Shown here one piece after another: positions 1 to 8,441 of a stretch of DNA of 16,217 nt; the first letter of the stretch is position 1; each line of letters begins with the position of its first letter. Position numbers and translations under genes: made by a program. Source of the stretch: Candidatus Hadarchaeota archaeon (GTDB lineage: Archaea; CAYQAE01; CAYVLA01); the NCBI GenBank assembly GCA_964452145.1, contig CAYVLA010000071.1:1-16217 (forward strand). The letters are read 5' to 3'. The notes under the pieces are model-generated. The model did no database searches. It was not told the origin of the DNA and saw nothing but the letters and a program-made list of their open reading frames with translations.

Positions 1-818
1 TCGGTCATGCCCAGAAGGATATCCGAGAAGTCCGAGAACTCCTCGACGTAGGATATCTCGTACTTATACAACTCCTGCCTTATGTAGTCGACCTCGAACA
101 TCGCCTCCAGCCCTTGGACCACCAGGCGTCTGATCTTGATTGGCGTGAGCCAGTTGACGTCCAGGGACGCGACCACATCATTGCGGAACCTGATGAGGAT
201 CTTGGCGTAGTCGGTCTGGTCCTTGTGAATCACCCTGCCGCATTCACAGTAGATCCTTTCGACCTCTGCGCCTAGCACCGATCTGAGGACATCCACGTCG
301 TGGACCCCCAGGTCTACGATGGCGCTGACATCCCTGACGCGGTTTGGCAGGGGGCCTGCCCTTGTGGCCCCCGCGATTGTGGGCTGTCCGAGCTCTCCGA
401 TCATCTCCTTCATCTTCATGACGGCAGGGTTGAATCTTTCAACATGTCCGACCATGAGCGAGACGCCGCAATTCCTTGCCTTCCTAACCAGCGAATTGCC
501 CCGCTCCACGGAGAGGTCGATGGGTTTCTCAACGAGTACATCCAGGCCGTTCTCGATCGCGCGGGATGTCATTTCGTAGTGCTGGGCCGTTGGGACGGCG
601 ATGCTGACAGCATCGATCTCAACCGAGGACAGCATCTTCTCCGCGCTCTCGAAACAGGGGACCTTGTAGATCTTGGAAATGCGGCGGCCTCTGACCGGGT
701 CAGTATCGCACACGGAGACCAGCTCCGCACCTTCCAGTTCGTTATAGATTCTGGCGTGGTTTCTGCCCATCTCGCCCACGCCGATGACGGCGATCTTCAG
801 GGGCCCCAACGTCTTCAC
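1..818 (-). CDS. Gfo/Idh/MocA family NAD-dependent oxidoreductase (WlbA/WbpB-like UDP-sugar 3-dehydrogenase); 3' end runs off the window
   Basis: Manual minus-strand translation (absent from ORF track): LKIAVIGVGEMGRNHARIY (Rossmann GxGxxG), DAVSIAVPTAQH, VLVEKPI, VGHVERFNPAV, IVDLGVHDVD, NWLTPIKIRRL. Start GTG 818 or TTG 809, with an in-frame TGA just upstream of 818. Open to position 1. Confidence 0.92.
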   Translation of the reverse strand, partial: MKTLGPLKIAVIGVGEMGRNHARIYNELEGAELVSVCDTDPVRGRRISKIYKVPCFESAEKMLSSVEIDAVSIAVPTAQHYEMTSRAIENGLDVLVEKPIDLSVERGNSLVRKARNCGVSLMVGHVERFNPAVMKMKEMIGELGQPTIAGATRAGPLPNRVRDVSAIVDLGVHDVDVLRSVLGAEVERIYCECGRVIHKDQTDYAKILIRFRNDVVASLDVNWLTPIKIRRLVVQGLEAMFEVDYIRQELYKYEISYVEEFSDFSDILLGMT

Positions 819-843
819 TCAGACGGTGATCCGGGCATGGACT

Positions 844-852
844 CTTAAATAT
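844..852 (-). promoter_or_regulatory. Putative archaeal TATA box for the oxidoreductase gene
   Basis: Minus strand reads TATTTAAG about 26-34 nt upstream of GTG 818, in an otherwise GC-rich context. Confidence 0.5.
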
Positions 853-1070
853 CTTGAACGAAGGCTCTTGCTCGTCTTGCGCCTCTTGGCAACCTGGCCC
901 AAGACTTTGGGTTCCCCCCCGGAACAACGAATCCGATCCGCAGCCATCCTTTTGCGTTTCCTGACATCGCCCAATGCAAAGGCACACAGTAGTGCGGAAC
1001 CTCACCCCGCGGTCGCTGTGTTGCGCGCTAGTCTGGGTTCCCAGAGTGGAACGCCGTCTCGTGCAGACCA

Positions 1071-2576
1071 TCACGTCTTCTTTACGTAGAATAAGTAGGC
1101 ACGCCCCTCGAACTGCAACTCGTAGCGCTCTCGAAGAGTCGTGTTGATGTGCGCCCATGTGTCCGGTTCAGACTTCTTGTACCTCTGGAAATTGGCCCTG
1201 TATCCGGGGGAGATGGCCAGATAGTCGGGCCGAATCCCGGTTCGAAACCCAAGCCTGTTGTCGTCTTGCGCCATTTCATCATTGAAGTCGTAGAAGAAGG
1301 CGATCTCCGCACCGCCGTAGATGAGGCCCCCCCTATAGTAGGTCGAGTTGAAGGTCCTAAGGTCGGGGAGATACTGGTTACCGTAGTCGTCTCTGACAAT
1401 CGTATAGACATTGCTGGCAAGGGAGAGGAGGTAAATGTAGCTGAAGGCCAGAACGAAGAAGGCGTCGGCATACTTCCGTCTTCTCGTGTGCTGCCAAAGC
1501 GCAAGGACGTTCATCAGGAAGAATGGCACTATCCAGACGAGGTATGTGGAGGTTTTGTTCCCGACAAGGAACATGAGACCGAGGAAGATGGTCACGAGCG
1601 CGCCCCAAAGCAGCCGGTCCTTGCCCTTCGCAAGCAGTGGGTATCCGAAAAGCCCAACGAAGTAGAGGACGAGCACCGGCGCTGGCGCGCGTTTGACCAC
1701 GCTATCCACGGACAGGAATCCGTGGGATTTGAGATACCTTGTGACCACCTCGTAGTAGACGGATGTCCATCTGAGGCCATTTGCGAAGACCTCCTCCTGC
1801 TGTCTGCCGAGCGTGTTGAGTAGCAGCTGGTCGCGGAAGGCGCTGACATCCCGCGCGATGTAGGTTCCCCATGCGGCGGCACCCAGGACGTAGGGCACCA
1901 ATGCTACGAGAAGTGTCTGGCGAGTCATGCTCTTTCTGTCCAAGTAGACCATCGTGAACAAGAGTGCCAATAAGCCCAGAAGCCCGTTGGGATGCGTCAT
2001 GCCCGATAGACATACGAAGGCGTTGCCCAACAGTACCGCCCTCGAGAGGTTGGCGGTTCTGAACCTAAGGTAGGTCCACAGACCTATCAACGACAATGCG
2101 GCGGCCATCATGTCCATCCGGCCATCGCTCGCGGACTTGAGGTAGAAGAAGTTGGTGCCAACGAGCATCATCGAGAGGACCGAAAGGGCGCGATTCCCGC
2201 CGAAGAACCTGGCCGATAGACTCCGAACGGCAAGAAGGCCAGCCAGCCCCCACACAAGGCTGATGAAGCGAGCCTGGAGAAGCCCGACGCCGGCCAGCCC
2301 AAATGTCAGCGCTTCGGTGACGAAGTACATGGGCGGAAGCCAGTATGTGTACTCGTGGATTCCTGGGAAGTCGGTGTCATCGGCCAAAAGGGTGTTGCCC
2401 ATGAAGCCTTTCCTGAGCAGGTTGACTGCCGAACTTGCGAACCAAGCCTCGTCGCACCAAGGGGCGTTGGTGGCGATCCTTCCTACGGCCAAGCCGAGGT
2501 AGATCAGCACGGGGATCAACGTGAACCATCTGTGTTCGATCAGGTGGCAAATGGCAGCACGCCCCCGTTGCGTCAT
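1071..2576 (-). CDS. ArnT/PMT-like (GT-C fold, GT83/GT39-like) polytopic membrane glycosyltransferase
   Basis: PWCDEAWF after TM1, YWLPPMYF, QARFISLVWG, DGRMDMMAA, GMTHPNGL and many TM segments. ATG 2576 is preceded by GAGGAG (2582-2587), so it is preferred over the ORF-track start at 2672. Confidence 0.85.
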   Translation of the reverse strand: MTQRGRAAICHLIEHRWFTLIPVLIYLGLAVGRIATNAPWCDEAWFASSAVNLLRKGFMGNTLLADDTDFPGIHEYTYWLPPMYFVTEALTFGLAGVGLLQARFISLVWGLAGLLAVRSLSARFFGGNRALSVLSMMLVGTNFFYLKSASDGRMDMMAAALSLIGLWTYLRFRTANLSRAVLLGNAFVCLSGMTHPNGLLGLLALLFTMVYLDRKSMTRQTLLVALVPYVLGAAAWGTYIARDVSAFRDQLLLNTLGRQQEEVFANGLRWTSVYYEVVTRYLKSHGFLSVDSVVKRAPAPVLVLYFVGLFGYPLLAKGKDRLLWGALVTIFLGLMFLVGNKTSTYLVWIVPFFLMNVLALWQHTRRRKYADAFFVLAFSYIYLLSLASNVYTIVRDDYGNQYLPDLRTFNSTYYRGGLIYGGAEIAFFYDFNDEMAQDDNRLGFRTGIRPDYLAISPGYRANFQRYKKSEPDTWAHINTTLRERYELQFEGRAYLFYVKKT

Positions 2577-2581
2577 TGTCG

Positions 2582-2609
2582 CTCCTCGACGGAGGCGCGG
2601 ACAAATAAA
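2582..2609 (-). promoter_or_regulatory. Putative TATA (TTTATTT) and SD (GAGGAG) for the ArnT-like gene
   Basis: Minus strand CTTTATTTG at 2610-2602; GAGGAG 5 nt before ATG 2576. Confidence 0.4.
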
Positions 2610-2852
2610 GGTTCTTCGATGGTGATGGTATACATTGGTGGGCCCGCTGATCTGGCCAAGCACGAGGCCCATGCCAGGAGACGCTTTCAGGCCCGACTCG
2701 CGAATCCGAGCATCTCATCCGGTCTGGCGAGTCAACGTGTTCGTCGCCGTTTGCATAGAGGTTCGTTGCGCCCCCACGGCGGCGGCAATCATTATCAAGA
2801 TACTAGCGCAGGCTTAGCCGGGATTCCGGATAAGCATTTCACGGGTGAGGCG

Positions 2853-3710
2853 ATGGCGAGGTACCTTCTCATATCGAATCTGTACAATGAAGAGGCCAAT
2901 GTCAATACCCTGTTTGATTGTGTGGAATCCCAGACCTTGCCTCCGGCACTCTGGCTAATCGTCGATGATGGAAGCACCGACGGAACCCACGACCTCCTGC
3001 TCAAGAGGACGAGTTCGACCCCGTTGAAGGTCCAGGTTTGGACCGCGCCGTCCAAGGCCAAGCCGGATCATGACAGCATAGGCTTTTCGATAAAGGCAGC
3101 GCTCCGCTCGCTTGGCCCGGATGTGTATCACATCTTTGACTACTACTGCGTTCTGGACGCTGACTCTAGGATCGCCCCCACGTATTTCGAGCAGCTCCTC
3201 AGCCGCATGGAGGACTCCCCCAAGCTGGGGATGGCTTCAGGAGTGATCTGGACGAAGGATGGTGTCGAGGCTACTAGATCCGACCTTGCAAGGGGGTCGG
3301 GCAGGGCGACCAGGGCTAAGATCTGGCTGTCGGTCCCCATAGATGATATGCCGAACGTTGCGTCCGATGCCTTCTTCAACGCGAAGACGAAGATGATGGG
3401 ATTCTCCTCCTCCATGTTCAGCGATCTGCGGGTGGTCGAGGACAGGCCGACGCGTCAGATGACGCCTGCTGGACGGTATCGGCGCGGTCGGCTCATGGCC
3501 ATGTTCTGGTACAATCCTGTGGTTGTGCTCGGACACGGGCTGTTGATCTTGTTCAAGAAGCAGAACCCACTGCCTTTGATTCGGGGGTATGTGCACGGCA
3601 TGAGGGGCCCGAGAATAGGTGATCCCAGCGTAAGGGCGTACTTTGGTCGGCGAATGATGATTGACTGGGCAAAGGAGAAGCTATCGCGACGCAGAACGCG
3701 AGCGGCGTAG
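2853..3710 (+). CDS. Family 2 glycosyltransferase
   Basis: MARYLLISNLYNEE, WLIVDDGSTDGT, CVLDADS (DxD), PKLGMASG. SD GGTGAGG immediately before ATG 2853. The ORF-track extension from 2355 overlaps the ArnT-like gene and is rejected. Confidence 0.9.
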   Translation: MARYLLISNLYNEEANVNTLFDCVESQTLPPALWLIVDDGSTDGTHDLLLKRTSSTPLKVQVWTAPSKAKPDHDSIGFSIKAALRSLGPDVYHIFDYYCVLDADSRIAPTYFEQLLSRMEDSPKLGMASGVIWTKDGVEATRSDLARGSGRATRAKIWLSVPIDDMPNVASDAFFNAKTKMMGFSSSMFSDLRVVEDRPTRQMTPAGRYRRGRLMAMFWYNPVVVLGHGLLILFKKQNPLPLIRGYVHGMRGPRIGDPSVRAYFGRRMMIDWAKEKLSRRRTRAA

Positions 3711-3836
3711 CCGCACAGCTCGGTATGTGCTCGTATCTTCCGTAGGCAAGATATAAGACGGCGCAATGCAAGTGCAGGTTAAGATCCTGGCACTCGTGGG
3801 TCAAACTGGTGTCGCCGCGAGAGGAGCTGGGGCCCG

Positions 3837-5117
3837 GTGGACGTTGAGATGAGCGTTCAGATCTCTTTCGAAGGCCAACGCGGGGCATGGCCAACTCTCA
3901 ACGCTCATTTTCCTTCAAGGATCGATGAGGCGTCCTTTATCGACATCATTCGATACGGCTGGGTCGTGGATGCTCAGTGCACGCTTCTCTCCGGGGTAAA
4001 GAAGAAGATCAGGTATGAGAGAACCCCGGGCCCGCAGACCAGTCTTGCTGAGGCCCTATCGTCGGCAGTCGCCCGTTCCGTGGAGAAGAGCCACGCGGTT
4101 GGCTGCATGATCTCCGGGGGGCTGGACTCCACGATTGTCTTGGCCGCGTTGGCAGGCGTCACGGACAAGACCATCCACGCGTTCACGATCGCCTTTGGCG
4201 AGTCCGACGATGAGACCGCCAGAGCCAAACTGGTGGCCGATGCTTTTGGCGTCACCCACCATACCTTATGGTTCAAGATCCCGGAGGCACTAGAGAAGGC
4301 CCGGACCTGGGCGAAGCTGTCGCCATCGGGACGTTTTGTGTACCTGCCAGTGCTGGAGGAGGCCGCCCGACTGGGCATCGATACACTGTTCAGCGGGGAG
4401 GGAGGGGACGAGGCATTCGCCGGTTATGCCCAGAGGTATCTGAGGATGCTCAAATATCATAAGTACCGACCAGCAAGGAGGCTGGCTGGTCCGGCTTCCC
4501 TCCTCCCCGGGAGGTGGGGTCGCATGGCAGGTATCTTGGGGCACACGGCCTTCTTTGAGGAATTCTATGCGGCATGGCAGACCCGTGTTCCAGACATTCG
4601 AGGCGGGCATGAAATACCTGCAGGTGAGGGCGGGGAAGATTGGATGGCAAGAATCCTGAGACTGGAGAGGAACCTGAAGCTTGTGGACTACCTCGCGCAC
4701 ATCCAGTGTTGTTCGGTTGCGTACGGGGTCAAGGTCGGGTACCCACTTCTTGACGCATCGGTGGAATCATTCTCATCCACCAGAGAGTGGTCCCGGATGT
4801 GGGACGGCCACACCCTGCACGGCAAGTACCCACTTGTCGAGGCTCTCAAGACGATGGCTTCACCTGAGATTGTGAGAAACGCCACAATGCCAAAACATGG
4901 GTTCTCGCCCCCGTCCATGGACAAGTGGTGGTCGATGGGGCTCTGCGAGCTGCACAAGGAGACTGTCAGAGGTCCCTTGAGGGATCTGCTGCCGAGGAGC
5001 CTGCTTGAGCTTGGAGACAAGCCTTCTGCGGGGAAGCGTTCCCTCTACGCTGCGGCCCTGGATGCTTGGTGTGTAGACAAGTTCATCCAAGCCTCGCCAG
5101 GTGAACGATCAAGGTAA
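3837..5117 (+). CDS. Asparagine synthase-like ATP pyrophosphatase (synthetase domain only; no N-terminal Cys glutaminase domain)
   Basis: ISGGLDST PP-loop, HAFTIAF, FSGEGGDEAFAGY, GYPLLD, GKYPL, PKHGF. No MCGI N-terminus. Start GTG 3837 (GAGGAG at 3821) or ATG 3849. Confidence 0.85.
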   Translation: MDVEMSVQISFEGQRGAWPTLNAHFPSRIDEASFIDIIRYGWVVDAQCTLLSGVKKKIRYERTPGPQTSLAEALSSAVARSVEKSHAVGCMISGGLDSTIVLAALAGVTDKTIHAFTIAFGESDDETARAKLVADAFGVTHHTLWFKIPEALEKARTWAKLSPSGRFVYLPVLEEAARLGIDTLFSGEGGDEAFAGYAQRYLRMLKYHKYRPARRLAGPASLLPGRWGRMAGILGHTAFFEEFYAAWQTRVPDIRGGHEIPAGEGGEDWMARILRLERNLKLVDYLAHIQCCSVAYGVKVGYPLLDASVESFSSTREWSRMWDGHTLHGKYPLVEALKTMASPEIVRNATMPKHGFSPPSMDKWWSMGLCELHKETVRGPLRDLLPRSLLELGDKPSAGKRSLYAAALDAWCVDKFIQASPGERSR

Positions 5118-5199
5118 GACCCGGAAATGTCCGCGGAGGATCATGGTCAGGTTTGAAAACCGGCAACGCCACGCCCCTTGCTAGGGAGATGGAGTGCAT

Positions 5200-5539
5200 T
5201 TGAGGATATTGATGCTTGGGGACCAGGCAAACGTGGCAATCCAACTCTCCAGCGCGCTGGCTGCCCGGGGTCATGAGGTCTGGCATGTTCTCGTAGACAC
5301 GACCGATGTCAGGGCACGGGTTCCAGCCGAACCAGCCAGAGGCGTCGAGGTGATGTGGAGCAGGCCGACCTTGCCGTCATTGTTCGAGCGTGCCTCGCGG
5401 CTGTGTGGTGAGACCGACTTCGACGTCATACACTCGCACCGGAACTTCCTTCGGGATTGCAGGCAGCGCCTCGTCCCTGCTTTCGGATGGAAGGCATGTC
5501 GCCCACTTCCACGGCGACGACATCAGGCGAGGCGGCTGA
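5200..5539 (+). pseudogene. GT4 glycosyltransferase N-terminal remnant (frameshifted, truncated)
   Basis: TTG 5200: MRILMLGDQANVAIQLSSALAARGHEV...DFDVIHSH. A +1 shift at about 5440 continues GTSFGIAG...RHVAHFHGDDIR, then TGA 5537-5539. The C-terminal domain is absent. Confidence 0.75.
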
Positions 5540-5816
5540 ACCTTAGGGGTCTCGGGGTCAAGAAGGTCGGCCACATCATGTCTGTCGCGGTCCATCCCGA
5601 CTACCGCAGGAGGGGATCGGGAGGAGGCTCCTCACCAGGACGCTGGAGACCCTGAGGGATAAGAGCGCAACCGAGATACACCTCGCGGTGAGGATCAGCA
5701 ACCAGCTGGCTAGGGACATCTACAGGAGCTTCGGCTTCAGGGAGGATAGGGTCCTCAAGGGCTACTACAGCGACGGGGAAGACGGGATCTTGATGGTCAG
5801 GGAAGGGCAGGAGTAG
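5530..5816 (+). pseudogene. rimI: RimI/Ard1-type GNAT N-acetyltransferase, 5'-truncated and frameshifted
   Basis: KKVGHIMSVAVHPDYRRRG. Restoring one G in GGGG (5612-5615) gives GIGRRLL...IHLAVRISNQLARDIYRSFGF...GYYSDGEDGILM...TAG 5814-5816. No N-terminal third or start codon. Confidence 0.85.
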
Positions 5817-5844
5817 CTCGCCCGTTATCCAGAGCCAGAGCCCA

Positions 5845-5860
5845 CAAAAGAGATATAATT
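5845..5860 (+). promoter_or_regulatory. Putative BRE/TATA for yjbQ-trm112
   Basis: ACAAAAG-AGATATAATT about 35-45 nt upstream of TTG 5894. Confidence 0.4.
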
Positions 5861-5893
5861 GCCCTCGCACCCACCGCTGAGGGGAAGCGGTCC

Positions 5894-6338
5894 TTGGGCG
5901 TCTTCACGAAGGAGTACGTCTTCGCCACCAAGGGGGAGATAGACATCCTGGATATCACGGACTACGTGAGTTCCGCCGTGGTTGAGTCGCGGTTCTTGAG
6001 TGGCATCCTGACCGTCTTCACAGCCGAGGAGACCTGCGCCCTGGTGGTCATGGAGTACGAGCATGGCCTGATGCAGGACCTCAAGAAGGCCATCGGGGCC
6101 ATCGTTCCCAGGGGGTGAGGGACACGTCCACGACACCAGCGATGACGATCCCCACTCCCACCTGAGGTCGACCCTGCTTGGGAGCAGCGTGACGGTGCCC
6201 TTCGTCAACGGGAGCCTTGCCCTGGGTGCGTGGCAGCAGATCCTCCTTCTCGAGCTGGGCCGAAGGCCAAGCACGAGGAAGATAATGGTTCAAGTCGTCG
6301 GAGAGCAGGTGATGCAATGGGCGAGAAAGAGGATATAA
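5894..6338 (+). pseudogene. yjbQ: YjbQ/UPF0047 (secondary thiamine-phosphate synthase family) protein, frameshifted
   Basis: DILDITDYV...GILTVF...EYEHGLMQDL...IVPRG then TGA 6116-6118. Removing one G from GGGGG (6111-6115) continues HSHLRSTLLGSSVTVPFVNGSLALGAWQQILLLEL...RKIMVQVVGE. CAG at 6306 stands where a stop is typical; the frame ends at TAA 6336-6338. Confidence 0.9.
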
Positions 6339-6613
6339 TAGACAAGGAGCTTCTGGATATCCTGGCCTGCCCCTTCCGCAAGAGGGATATCAGGCTTGAG
6401 GGAACCGAACTGGTGGGTGAATGCGGCCTGAGGTACAAGATAGAGGACGGCATACCTCACATGCTGTACCCGATCTGTCCGGACAGCAAGATTGAGACCC
6501 GGATGACGAAGGAGAACGATGAGTTCGTCTGCGACAGGTGCGGCAAGATCTTTGGAGGACAGGCGAGAGCGGCAGTTGTTGTCGCAGGATTCGCGAGACG
6601 TCCATTCTCATAG
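6317..6613 (+). CDS. Trm112-like protein with an extra C-terminal zinc-ribbon; several Cys ligands degenerate (possible pseudogene)
   Basis: IDKELLDILACP...ECGLRYKIEDGIPHML is the Trm112 signature, followed by CPDSK...CDRCGK. SD AGGTGA at 6307-6312, ATG 6317. Confidence 0.8.
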   Translation: MGEKEDIIDKELLDILACPFRKRDIRLEGTELVGECGLRYKIEDGIPHMLYPICPDSKIETRMTKENDEFVCDRCGKIFGGQARAAVVVAGFARRPFS

Positions 6614-6709
6614 TGGCATGTACATGCGAGGCATGTTCATACTATTGGTTTCAGGATAGTTGAGCGAATAAAACGGTCATCGATTAGCAAAGTAGATGAG
6701 AGGAGTGCG

Positions 6710-7582
6710 ATGGACGAGATCCCCGTAGTGGCTGGTGTGATGCCTGCGCGCAACGAGGCTAATTTTCTCCCACGAACCCTGGAGGCACTGGCCAAGCAGA
6801 CTCGGAAGCTTGACAGCTTCGTGCTAGTGGACGATGGATCCACTGATAACACTGCCCGGATCGCCTTTGAACTGGCTGGTAACGTTGCTTCCCGATCCAG
6901 TGTGCTTGTTCTTTCGGATGTGCCCCACCCACATCTGAACACTGGGCGGATAGCCGAAGTGGTCAATGCCGGTATAGACCACTCACTTGCCTTACTGCAA
7001 CCCAGACGACCTGATTACTTCTTCATGATAGGCGCAGACGACGTACTTGACCGTGAGTATGTCGGCTATCTGTGCCACCGTATGGAAGAGGATCCCATGC
7101 TGGTCATCGCTTCGGGTGCGATTGATGGGCTTAATCTCTGTCTGGAAACACCTATTGGCGTGTCGCTGATCAGGGCATCATGGTGGAGACCACCGAGATA
7201 CAGACCCGAGTATGGAGAGGGTGCAGAGACCTATCTCATACTTCGTGCTTGGTACGATGGTTACAGGACTCGCCTGTTTCCCCAGGTTGTGGATCATCCC
7301 CAGAGATCTGTTGGCACTAGAGCTGACTGGCACGGCAGGGGGCAGGCATGCCGTCAGTTGGGTTACACTTGGGTCGAGATATTGGACAGGACACTGAGCA
7401 TCTCTTTCGCCCAGAGATATGGGATCAGGAAAGGTATGAAGTTTCTCCGCGGCTATCTTGCTGGTCCGGAGCCCTCGGAAGACTGGTTAGGCAGCGTTCA
7501 CAGAAGAATACTCAGACGGAAAATGACAGAACGATTCGGGTCTATGGGCAGCCGATTCTGGCCTCGTTGCCGAAGCGGGTGA
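6710..7582 (+). CDS. Family 2 glycosyltransferase (same subfamily as 2853-3710)
   Basis: VMPARNEANFL, VLVDDGSTDNT, FMIGADD, MEEDPMLVIASG, RGQACRQLGY. SD AGGAG at 6701-6705. Confidence 0.9.
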   Translation: MDEIPVVAGVMPARNEANFLPRTLEALAKQTRKLDSFVLVDDGSTDNTARIAFELAGNVASRSSVLVLSDVPHPHLNTGRIAEVVNAGIDHSLALLQPRRPDYFFMIGADDVLDREYVGYLCHRMEEDPMLVIASGAIDGLNLCLETPIGVSLIRASWWRPPRYRPEYGEGAETYLILRAWYDGYRTRLFPQVVDHPQRSVGTRADWHGRGQACRQLGYTWVEILDRTLSISFAQRYGIRKGMKFLRGYLAGPEPSEDWLGSVHRRILRRKMTERFGSMGSRFWPRCRSG

Positions 7583-7834
7583 TCTCTTCTCAAAGAGTCC
7601 GAGTGATAGGGATTTCTTTGAGACGGCCTTGTGGAATGAGCCCTTCCATGTGATATACCGCTCGACGGGGGACATGATCGTTGGCCAGGGTCCATGTGTT
7701 GGTACCGGGCGAGCTGGACATCACGGACAGGCGATCCCTCTACGGGCCGGCGATGGAGTCATAGGTGGCGCATGTGATACCTCGGATTCTGCGTCCTTCG
7801 CACCGAACTTGCCTCAACGCGCCGGTGATCCGTC

Positions 7835-7896
7835 GACAGGGGTAACAGTGACAGGGGTAACGGTGACAGGGGTAACGGTGACAGGAGTCACATTGA
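7835..7896. repeat. Tandem repeat, 4 x 15 bp (GACAGGGGTAACGGT consensus)
   Basis: gacaggggtaacagt / gacaggggtaacggt / gacaggggtaacggt / gacaggagtcacatt, contiguous, no spacers. Confidence 0.95.
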
Positions 7897-8441
7897 GGGC
7901 ATTTGTTGGGCGTTCTTGGGGGATGACAGTGAGGAAACGGGTGAAACGACGGCTCGAGCTTTGTGTTGGTTTGCACATCCCACCCCTTCTCAAAGCATCG
8001 GAGGATGGCTGATTGCAGGCTAACCGAAGGTGGATCGCCTAGTGAGCCTGGCGCCGATGCTGGAAATGGCGTCTATCCGGTATGCTGCGTGGGCCATTTT
8101 TGTGAGAGCGATCAGGTCCCATCCATGGCCAGAAGCGGGGTTCCGTCCGCAGATTGGGCGATCACATCTCCCTGCGAGATGGCAAGGTTTCCCTTGGCCT
8201 TCTACGCTATGACGGGTGTGTGAGTCCCTGTCTTGCGTTACCAGGGCCGATGGCACGACACCGTGAAGATGAAGTCGGTCTCCCTTGCGGTCATAGTGGC
8301 TTGACACGCAGTGACGATTCTCCCTAGGCGGATCTAGCGAGGGTATGTTATGTTAGGGCAGGCCGATCTCGCCAACGTGCCGCTCCTCTGAAGCCACTTG
8401 AGGTTCCGATCTCTGATCGCCGCCCATAGAACCGCTGATGC

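Noticed and set aside
300..848. 182-aa plus-strand ORF
   Set aside because: Antisense shadow of the Gfo/Idh/MocA gene.
853..1070. tRNA or ncRNA in the intergenic gap
   Set aside because: No cloverleaf, T-loop consensus or recognisable C/D boxes.
2355..2852. N-terminal extension of the GT2
   Set aside because: It overlaps the ArnT-like gene in antisense; the SD and GT2 homology begin at 2853.
3726..3745. ATG TGC as the missing Met-Cys start of the glutaminase domain
   Set aside because: It reads MCSYLP then stop, and only about 110 nt separate it from the CDS, far too little for a GATase domain.
6105..6120. Programmed frameshift or phase variation in yjbQ
   Set aside because: No canonical slippery site, the G5 tract is short, and other degenerative substitutions point to decay.
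7690..7765. GELDITDRRSL as an epimerase/RmlD remnant
   Set aside because: Too short, with no Rossmann motif upstream; likely chance.
7835..7896. CRISPR array
   Set aside because: Units are 15 bp, contiguous and have no spacers; no cas genes in the window.
7740..7976. Cys/His-rich peptide (CHRYP repeats) as a metallothionein or RiPP precursor
   Set aside because: The pattern is only a translation of the DNA repeat; other frames are equally open, and no maturation genes are present.
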